The position numbers and the translations under genes were made by a program. Positions 56,642 to 64,000 of a DNA stretch of 64,000 nucleotides are shown here, one piece after another (positions within the stretch are counted from its first letter, which is position 1; every line of letters begins with the position of its first letter). The stretch comes from a virus (taxonomy: Duplodnaviria > Caudoviricetes), in IMG/VR virus record IMGVR_UViG_3300021400_000552, positions 1 to 64,000 of that record; one strand, written 5' to 3'. The notes under the pieces were generated by a model that saw only the letters and a list, made by a program, of their open reading frames with translations, was not told the origin of the DNA and did not search any database.

Positions 56642-58746
56642 GTTTACAAGTTTGGCTACCGTTAACTGGGAATCTACATAATCAAGGATTAAGCGAAATT
56701 ACATATACTGGCACTCCCACTTTTAAATCGGTTGGTAAAATTGGTGCAAAATCTTATGATCTTAATTACAGAACAACTATTACATGTCCAGATTTGACGA
56801 ATAAATCTCGCTTTACTATTGCGTTTTGGGCAAAGGTAAATACAGATACGTCACTTACTACTAATTGGGTTGATGTAATAGGTTTTACTGATAAACATTC
56901 TAATGGAACTACTGGACAGCTACGTTGGGAAACTTGTTATGCCAATTCATCAACACGTGGTATTAGTGGCCACGATAATGCCATATACGCAACAACCAAT
57001 GGTCCAAATGGAAGTCCAACCACCAAAGACACATGGCATCATATTGTGTGTGTTGTTGGTGATGATGTACGTGAGTACAGAAATGGTAAATTAACGGGAA
57101 CATATACGGCGAATGGCGGAACATTAACAGGGGTATTTTGGCTTGGTGAAGCTGGCAAGGTTAATGGTGAGATCAATGATGTACGGATTTATGATGAATG
57201 CCTTGATCCGCTGGAAGTTAAACGGTTATCCCAGGGTCTAGTCCTCCACTACCCTCTTAATAATAACGGTCTGGGAGGTACAAACCTATTAAATAATCCG
57301 ACCAAATTTACAGCTGGTGGGGCCGCATCTGGAAATACAAAAACCGTTCTTGATGATGGAATAGTACAAGTAGTTGCAGCATCTGGTAATTCAAACTGGG
57401 TGCGTTTTGCTGATTCTGATACCACATTGCCGCTCACTAAGGGTGACACATTTACATTTTCGATACGAATACGTAGTGATGATTCAACGAAAAATCCAAC
57501 CGTATATTTTAATGATGGCCTTGGTTATTTTACTATGCAAGGACAAATGTCCAAAGAATGGACAACCATTTACTATACTGGTACATGGAGCATTGACAAG
57601 TTAAATACGATGATCCACTTAGGCTTCAGCTCAGCTCCTGGCACATATTATATACAAAGCTTTAAGTTGGAACGAGGAAATAAGCCGACACCTTTCATTG
57701 ATAATGTTGTATTTGAAAAGAGTGGTTTAATAGTAAGTAATTGGGGATCCGCAGAGGGTTCTAGGCTGGAGTTTAGGTATTTAGATACTGGCACTTCTTT
57801 TCACATTCAAAGTGGCGAAAAATTAATGGTATCTTTTGATTTTAAGATGATAATTAATACCGCCCCATCTAGTGGTAGTGCTCCATACTTTATTATGTAT
57901 AATTCGAATTATCGTGGACCGCATGGCAATTGGACGTATGTGAATTTTAATACAGAACTTGCTGGTACTTATGCTGTTGGTGATGTTATTGAAAAACGTA
58001 TTAATAAAATAGTTACAGTTGGTGCACTAAATCCTGGCACTAGAGCTACTGATGGTATTGAGTTTTATTCAAATTATGGTTCTAATAACTGGTATGAGAT
58101 AAAAAATTTAAAAATAGAACGATATAACGATATTGAATATGATGTAAGCGGATATGGAAGGAATAGTACACTTTCTCAAAACATACAAACAGTTTCTAAT
58201 TCTCCACGCTATTTAACAAGCACATATTTTAATGGTTCAGCATATATTCAAGCTGATCCCCTGCCCTCAGAAGTTAAAACCATAAGTTGTTGGGTGAAAA
58301 CAGATAAACCATCAACAAATCAGTTTTATTGGTGCGATACTGGAACGGCAATGTGCCTTGCTACGTATAACGGCCATGGCACTGTGATAACTTATTACAA
58401 GCAAGGTGGTCAAGGTGCGGGTAGTAAATGTACACTGAGTGGATCTAAGTGGAATAGTAATGGGTGGAATCATTTCGTCGTTATTGATACTGGTAATGGA
58501 ACTAGAGATGTTTATTGCAATGGTGAAAAGCTAACGCCCACATCAAACGATTGGTATGGAACTGTCGGATCTAAATTAGTTATAGGAAATCGAGGATCTG
58601 GCGCCGTTCCGTTATATGGATATGTTTCAGATTTTCGTGCTTACGCTACACAATTATCCCCCGACGACATCAAAGCACTATATGAGAACTCCGCATACAT
58701 TGCGACAGACGGAACAGCTTATGCGTATGAGTTTGTGGAGGAATAA
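56638..58746 (+). CDS. LamG/concanavalin A-like domain tail protein (paralogue)
   Basis: Same MSLQVWLPL.GNL..QG start and GLVLHYPLN junction; WHHIV, NDVRIYD, SDFRAYAT.LS. Confidence 0.8.
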   Translation: MSLQVWLPLTGNLHNQGLSEITYTGTPTFKSVGKIGAKSYDLNYRTTITCPDLTNKSRFTIAFWAKVNTDTSLTTNWVDVIGFTDKHSNGTTGQLRWETCYANSSTRGISGHDNAIYATTNGPNGSPTTKDTWHHIVCVVGDDVREYRNGKLTGTYTANGGTLTGVFWLGEAGKVNGEINDVRIYDECLDPLEVKRLSQGLVLHYPLNNNGLGGTNLLNNPTKFTAGGAASGNTKTVLDDGIVQVVAASGNSNWVRFADSDTTLPLTKGDTFTFSIRIRSDDSTKNPTVYFNDGLGYFTMQGQMSKEWTTIYYTGTWSIDKLNTMIHLGFSSAPGTYYIQSFKLERGNKPTPFIDNVVFEKSGLIVSNWGSAEGSRLEFRYLDTGTSFHIQSGEKLMVSFDFKMIINTAPSSGSAPYFIMYNSNYRGPHGNWTYVNFNTELAGTYAVGDVIEKRINKIVTVGALNPGTRATDGIEFYSNYGSNNWYEIKNLKIERYNDIEYDVSGYGRNSTLSQNIQTVSNSPRYLTSTYFNGSAYIQADPLPSEVKTISCWVKTDKPSTNQFYWCDTGTAMCLATYNGHGTVITYYKQGGQGAGSKCTLSGSKWNSNGWNHFVVIDTGNGTRDVYCNGEKLTPTSNDWYGTVGSKLVIGNRGSGAVPLYGYVSDFRAYATQLSPDDIKALYENSAYIATDGTAYAYEFVEE

Positions 58747-58749
58747 GAT

Positions 58750-59322
58750 ATGAGCAATATATTTTTAAGCGAAACGATACAATCATACGCAAAAACTCCT
58801 AACGCGCGTGGGCATGGCGAATATGTTTTTCACAATGGATACTGGGCTATGGATATAGAACCGGCAACTTTTTATAAGGGTAGTGATGAAGTAAAAGATG
58901 CTCATGTATTAAGCGAAGAATTTATTCCAAATATGCGATATGTATTTGACATATGGGTTGATGTGGACGCAATTATATATAACGATATTAATCGACCCGC
59001 TGGTTTAAGGATTTTTTATACAGATGGCTCATCTGATAGCTCATCATTAATAACTACTGGTAGTCATGATCCGGCTACTGGATATCAGCATTTGTTTTAT
59101 GTGTCACCATCAAATAAATCAGTAGATTATCTTACTGTATATTATTGGTCGTCATCATATGTATATTATCGAGCAGATTCATATATTTGCCCACTTGACG
59201 AAATCCAACTACATCAAACTGGAGTTTTAAATACTCAAAATATAACAGAATCATTAACCAGAGCTAAAGACTGCAAAATTATACATGGCAATATATCGCC
59301 CACAGAAATTATTGAATTATAA
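58750..59322 (+). CDS. Hypothetical tail-associated beta-domain protein
   Basis: Co-oriented; IFYTDG motif also seen in neighbouring fibre domains. Confidence 0.55.
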   Translation: MSNIFLSETIQSYAKTPNARGHGEYVFHNGYWAMDIEPATFYKGSDEVKDAHVLSEEFIPNMRYVFDIWVDVDAIIYNDINRPAGLRIFYTDGSSDSSSLITTGSHDPATGYQHLFYVSPSNKSVDYLTVYYWSSSYVYYRADSYICPLDEIQLHQTGVLNTQNITESLTRAKDCKIIHGNISPTEIIEL

Positions 59323-59332
59323 AGGAGATAAT

Positions 59333-60208
59333 ATGTCACGAATTATTGTTAAAATTAATAACACAACCGAGTTTACGCTGGTTGAATGGGATGCGACCGG
59401 GTTTGTATCAAATCCGCAATTTAAAATTGCGTCTGACGACCTCGCCAGTGTAAAGAACGCGTTTTCTGAAATCGAGAAAATTCAGGTGTTCCAGGATGAA
59501 CATCTTGCTGCCGAGACGACACAATATGATACATATGATGCGATACAATATCTCGGCACGGTATTTAGCCCATCAATGGATCGGTTTGTTGAGTGCCTAC
59601 AGGTTAGTCTTAAAAAGACAAGCCTTGTGGAACAGGTAGAGAGATTAACAGCTGAAATCTTTCCAGTAACCGATTTTGATGCTATGACAACAGAGCAATA
59701 CAGGACATGGCTTCTGAATAAGATTGCTGAAGATTGTCAAAACGATGTATATGCTGGCACAAGCGTACAGATTTCGACTGGTGTAAAGCATTTTAGATAT
59801 ACCATGGAAGATCAGCAGAATCTCGGCAGTATTGTTGCTCTGCTGATGAGCGTGCCGGAACTCCCGGCTATGCCCTATCATGCGGATGGCGAATTTTGTT
59901 ACTTAATGTCAAAAGCTGATATTTTGTTAGTATATTTGACACTACACATGAGACTGCTGGCAATTACTACGCGGTGCAATCATATGAATATGTGGATCAA
60001 GAGTATTCAGACTAAAGAAGAATTAATGAATATTGATTACTCTACTCCACTTCCGCAAGAATATCAGGATCAGGTAGATGCTATCATGGCGCGCGCAATC
60101 GAGATGGAAGAACTGTTGATTGCACATTATCTGCCAGTACAGGACGATGATGGATCGGGTACGGACCCTGTTGAGGAGCCGACAGAAAATGAAAACGGTA
60201 CTGAGTAG
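59333..60208 (+). CDS. Tail fibre accessory protein (DUF4376-like C-terminal half)
   Basis: HF.YT.EDQQNL..PYHADGE.C motif; AAAGGAG SD. Confidence 0.55.
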   Translation: MSRIIVKINNTTEFTLVEWDATGFVSNPQFKIASDDLASVKNAFSEIEKIQVFQDEHLAAETTQYDTYDAIQYLGTVFSPSMDRFVECLQVSLKKTSLVEQVERLTAEIFPVTDFDAMTTEQYRTWLLNKIAEDCQNDVYAGTSVQISTGVKHFRYTMEDQQNLGSIVALLMSVPELPAMPYHADGEFCYLMSKADILLVYLTLHMRLLAITTRCNHMNMWIKSIQTKEELMNIDYSTPLPQEYQDQVDAIMARAIEMEELLIAHYLPVQDDDGSGTDPVEEPTENENGTE

Positions 60209-60650
60209 GCTACTACAAGTAGCTTTTATTTTTATATTTAGTGGAACTGCTTATGTTTTGCTTGAAATGTTATGTCGTGGTTATAGCCACATAACAATGT
60301 GGGTGCTGGGCGGCATATGCGGCGTAATCATTGCGCTAGTTAATAATGACATATTTTTAAGTAGTAAAACGCCATTTGAGATTCAAGTGGCGTTTTGTGC
60401 TACTTGTTGCGTTCTTGGCGAATACATATTTGGCATTATTTTTAACCGCGATTTTACCATATGGGATTACCGCGAGATACCCGGCACTTTTGCTGATGGA
60501 CAATTAAATATATTTTTTATACTGCTTTGGATTGTAATATGTATATTTGCGATCCCACTACTTGACTGGATCGAATATAAGCTGCTTGATGGCAGGCGAC
60601 CAGTTTATAGATTTTTATGCTTAAAGCGAAAAGGAGAACAACAATTATGA
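60189..60650 (+). CDS. Membrane protein, CmpB/putative ABC-permease-like family
   Basis: Four hydrophobic segments; Y..LE..RGYSH..M..LGG, EY..G, IWDY, GQ. Confidence 0.65.
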   Translation: MKTVLSRLLQVAFIFIFSGTAYVLLEMLCRGYSHITMWVLGGICGVIIALVNNDIFLSSKTPFEIQVAFCATCCVLGEYIFGIIFNRDFTIWDYREIPGTFADGQLNIFFILLWIVICIFAIPLLDWIEYKLLDGRRPVYRFLCLKRKGEQQL

Positions 60651-61147
60651 AGAAAACTATTATCAATATCGCAGCTGTAAACGTTATCTCTTGGTACAAC
60701 AACGATGCTACACAGACAAAGCTTAAGAAACTGCCGCTTAAAATGCAGTGGACAATGCGCAAAAACATGAAGGCGCTGGAACCGCTGGCAAAAGAGTTTG
60801 GCGATTTTAGAGATGAGCTTATTCAGAAGAGAAACGAGGAATGGTTTGTTGAAGGTAATGGTAAGTGCGAAAAGGTGACTCGCAAAGATGAAAATGGCGT
60901 CGATCAAGAACTGTTACAGATTCTGCCGGAATGTCAAGATGAGTTTGCCGAATATGAACAGGAATTAAACGTGCAACTGAGTGAAATTGCAGCGGAGGAA
61001 AATACGGTGGAGATTACACCGATTGATCTTGAGCAATTTGTTGATGTTGCTGATGAATATAACACGGGTATCGATATGGACGACCTTGATATTATTAGTG
61101 TTTTTGAGGCCGTTGAGGAAGTCGAAGCTGAGATCGTAGAGGGCTAA
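60647..61147 (+). CDS. Acidic hypothetical protein
   Basis: ATG after AAGGAG; coiled and acidic. Confidence 0.6.
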   Translation: MKKTIINIAAVNVISWYNNDATQTKLKKLPLKMQWTMRKNMKALEPLAKEFGDFRDELIQKRNEEWFVEGNGKCEKVTRKDENGVDQELLQILPECQDEFAEYEQELNVQLSEIAAEENTVEITPIDLEQFVDVADEYNTGIDMDDLDIISVFEAVEEVEAEIVEG

Positions 61148-61167
61148 ATATCGCCCTCTTTCTTTTT
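61138..61167 (+). terminator. Rho-independent terminator (weak)
   Basis: AGAGGGC..GCCCTCT followed by TTCTTTTT. Confidence 0.5.
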
Positions 61168-61185
61168 GAAGGAAGGTGAATTTAT

Positions 61186-64000
61186 TTGGCAATTCTTAAT
61201 AGTTTAAGCGTAAATGGCTCAAGCAGGTTTTTAAATAAGGCTTGGTTCAACGACGTAAGTATTGGCGGCACACTATCAACTGCCGCCATTACAGCCGCGT
61301 CATTAACAAGTACCGGGACATTAAATGTAACTGGTACATCTACATTGGGGACTGTAACTTCTGGCCAAATTACCTCATCTGGCAGAATTTATGGCACTGG
61401 TTTTGGTACTGATGGTACGATGATAATTAAGCCACAAAGTAATAATGAATTTAACTTTGGTGGTACGAATACATCGTCAACAATTTATTTTGGATATAGG
61501 GCGCTTGATAGCAAGCCAATACCTACTAAATTTGTCTTTGGTGGATCTGGTGGCAGTGCCAATCTAACCGCTGGCAGTGCAACACTATCTGGCACATTAT
61601 CAGCGGCCACTGGCAATATCACCACTATTAACTCGTCTAATATTTACTCACAAAATGCATCTATTTCCGGCAGATTGCGGGCTACGGAATATGATCTGCA
61701 AGTAGCGCAAAATACTGGCGGCGCATTAACAGTCGCCCCTACCCTACGTATTGACGATTCTATGACAGCTACAACGCTCACGCGGGATAGCAGCAACAAT
61801 ATTACATTGCGGGTAACACATTCCAGTATTACTAAAGCAGATATTGGCGGCATTACATGGGCCACTGGCTGTAAGGTAAAAGTCAGCTTAGATGTAAATG
61901 GTAAACCGACTGGCACTATGGACGGCACAATTACAGCATTAAATACTAGCTCCCACTTTATTGAGGTGAAAGTTTCTGGTGGAGATGCTGCGAACTTAGA
62001 TGTCGCGAATAAGAGTATTTCGCATTTAGCCATTATGGTGTACGAACTTGCCAATGGCAATCCAGTTGGAATACAAATTAATTGTTACGATGTTCGTAAC
62101 TCATCTCCGGCCATTCGTATTTATGGTGGTACATCTACAACGCCGACAGCTATGCTTGGCAAACTTGATAGTAGCGCTAATAGCGGTGGCGCGGGATTGC
62201 CTCAGGTTAACGGATCTTATCCATCTGGTTGGGGCATGTATACATCAAATGGATATTTTACGGGTGTTATTGTCAGCGAATCTGGGAAAATTGGTGGTTG
62301 GACCATTGGAACTAATTCAATATACTCCGGCAATGCCACCCCAGGCGCGTCTGCATCAACTATGGTTGTCTCTACAGGAACAGCGTCGACTAACAATATT
62401 GGCGGCGGCGGCACAACAAGTAAGACGTGGATGCTGTCGGCTGGAACTGGATTCGGCGTAACTACAGCCGGGGCGCTTTATTCTAACTCTGGTTATATTG
62501 CCGGATGGAAAATTGAATCGAATGATTTAGTAAATGGGACGTGGGGCTCAGATAATTCGGTTATGTTATGCACAGGGTCGGCCACAGCGAAATCCATTGG
62601 TGGATCAGAGTCAACAGTTAATGGATGGGTTATTACAGCAGGATCTAAGTTTGGTGTTACTAAAACTGGGGCGTTATATGCTAATAGTGCTACAATTACT
62701 GGCGTTATTAAAGCAGACACTGGCCGTATTGGTGGTACTTCTGGTTGGACCATTGCGTCACAACAAATTAGTAATGGGACGATCGGTGCTGATGACAGCA
62801 TGTTCTTATCCACTAAGAATCTTGCTGGGACTGTTGCTGGGAAAGCACTCACTACAACCGCCCCATCTTGGCGCTTAACAGTCGGTAGTAATTTTGGTGT
62901 TACAAATACTGGTGTTGTTTATGCGAATAGCGCCCAAATTTCTGGTAATCTTTCCGCGACTAATGGCTTCACCGTTGCTCAGGATAATAAGACGTTGACC
63001 TCGATTACAACGAACGGGATGATTGTGTATGATGGAGTTGGTACAGCAGATAGTAATGTTGTAGCGAAATTTACCGGCAATGATACACAAATTGGGAAAG
63101 CTACCAGTCAACACACTATAATTAATACAGATGGACAATTTTTTTATGGACCAGATAAAGTTTTACTTGGACAGATTGCAGCGGGCAATATCACTAAAGA
63201 ACTAGTAACGTATACAAATGAGAAGATGTCTAATTTTGACATTTTACAATTTGATATAAGCGCTTCAAATACTGAGGTAACAAAAGTAAAATATCCGTTC
63301 ATTGTGCCGTGTAATAAAAGAAATAAAATTTATTTACCATATAAATGTGATTATATTACAATTTCTTTATATAACTATAGTGGGCAGACTGAATTAACTG
63401 ATCAACGTATTAATGCTGGGGGTAGTGCAGATATTTCTTATCAAAGTTACATTTATCTTAACGAAGACGGTGACTACATCAGTTTTAACAATTTAGAGGA
63501 TGCAGGAAATTATGGTGGAGATGGTTATAGTTATTTGTTAACAGGTGATATAGGGATTATATATGATGGTATGCAGAATCCAGCAATTATGAATGTTCCA
63601 TTTTTACATTCTGAGGCTAGAGCAGATGGTGATGAGTCAGATTATGTACTAAATAACATTCCACATCCATCGGTTTGTTTAAATGACAGTAATGGTGACG
63701 TATTAGCTTGGGAATATGGAATATCTGATGTAACTTATACAGCATCACGATATATTCAATTTACAACTCATGGAGTAACTTTTAAAATTGACGAACGTTT
63801 ATATTCGGTTGAAACGACACTAAATAAAACAGAATGGGTGGCATATTGGATATCACAAGGGGGCGATGAGAATGATATACCTTATCCCGCCAGTTTTAAA
63901 CTATATTATGTTCCAGTTAGTTGTTTGTATTTTACAGGAACAATTCAAGCATATGAACATCAACCGTCTCCATTTATAAGTTTTTCTTCTTATAGTAATA
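61186..64000 (+). CDS. Tail fibre/spike protein, partial (runs off window; absent from ORF track)
   Basis: TTG after GAAGGTG; MAILNSLSVNGSSRF...; repeated G.I.GW.I and FGVT..G..Y units; frame open at the start and end of the stretch. Confidence 0.75.
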   Translation, partial: MAILNSLSVNGSSRFLNKAWFNDVSIGGTLSTAAITAASLTSTGTLNVTGTSTLGTVTSGQITSSGRIYGTGFGTDGTMIIKPQSNNEFNFGGTNTSSTIYFGYRALDSKPIPTKFVFGGSGGSANLTAGSATLSGTLSAATGNITTINSSNIYSQNASISGRLRATEYDLQVAQNTGGALTVAPTLRIDDSMTATTLTRDSSNNITLRVTHSSITKADIGGITWATGCKVKVSLDVNGKPTGTMDGTITALNTSSHFIEVKVSGGDAANLDVANKSISHLAIMVYELANGNPVGIQINCYDVRNSSPAIRIYGGTSTTPTAMLGKLDSSANSGGAGLPQVNGSYPSGWGMYTSNGYFTGVIVSESGKIGGWTIGTNSIYSGNATPGASASTMVVSTGTASTNNIGGGGTTSKTWMLSAGTGFGVTTAGALYSNSGYIAGWKIESNDLVNGTWGSDNSVMLCTGSATAKSIGGSESTVNGWVITAGSKFGVTKTGALYANSATITGVIKADTGRIGGTSGWTIASQQISNGTIGADDSMFLSTKNLAGTVAGKALTTTAPSWRLTVGSNFGVTNTGVVYANSAQISGNLSATNGFTVAQDNKTLTSITTNGMIVYDGVGTADSNVVAKFTGNDTQIGKATSQHTIINTDGQFFYGPDKVLLGQIAAGNITKELVTYTNEKMSNFDILQFDISASNTEVTKVKYPFIVPCNKRNKIYLPYKCDYITISLYNYSGQTELTDQRINAGGSADISYQSYIYLNEDGDYISFNNLEDAGNYGGDGYSYLLTGDIGIIYDGMQNPAIMNVPFLHSEARADGDESDYVLNNIPHPSVCLNDSNGDVLAWEYGISDVTYTASRYIQFTTHGVTFKIDERLYSVETTLNKTEWVAYWISQGGDENDIPYPASFKLYYVPVSCLYFTGTIQAYEHQPSPFISFSSYSN

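Noticed and set aside
54962-58746. Diversity-generating retroelement TR/VR pair
   Set aside because: Similarity is ordinary protein-level paralogy; no adenine-specific mismatch pattern and no reverse transcriptase in the window
1-64000. Stop-codon reassignment
   Set aside because: Genes are long and densely packed under the standard code, and TAA, TAG and TGA all terminate credible genes

Overview
Part of a large SPbeta-like siphovirus genome, probably infecting a Firmicutes/Clostridia host (inferred from sigmaA promoters, strong AAGGAGG SD sites and a Gram-positive-type LexA box). All credible genes are on the + strand. Order: palindromic operator-like sites, tandem-HTH regulator, compact tyrosine recombinase behind an SOS box, candidate iteron origin plus wHTH (Rep-like) gene, YonO-like single-subunit RNA polymerase, two tRNAs, metallophosphoesterase, HU, terminase, portal, protease/scaffold, capsid, neck and tail genes, RusA, a second tyrosine recombinase, an unexplained six-gene cassette (25835-28816), the tape measure gene, Dit, a 4179-aa tail protein, LamG-type proteins and a tail fibre gene running off the end. 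Highlights: (1) the tape measure gene is split by two tandem group I introns separated by a 40-nt exon, the second carrying a GIY-YIG homing endonuclease; (2) the six-gene cassette combines a papain-like Cys-His-Asp protein with Gly/Cys/Tyr/Gln-rich, spore-coat-like proteins; (3) several genes appear to start at ATA/ATT, near an atypical CAT-anticodon tRNA; (4) an iteron origin at an apparent GC-skew switch suggests plasmid-like replication. All calls come from motif recognition by eye; no searches were run.
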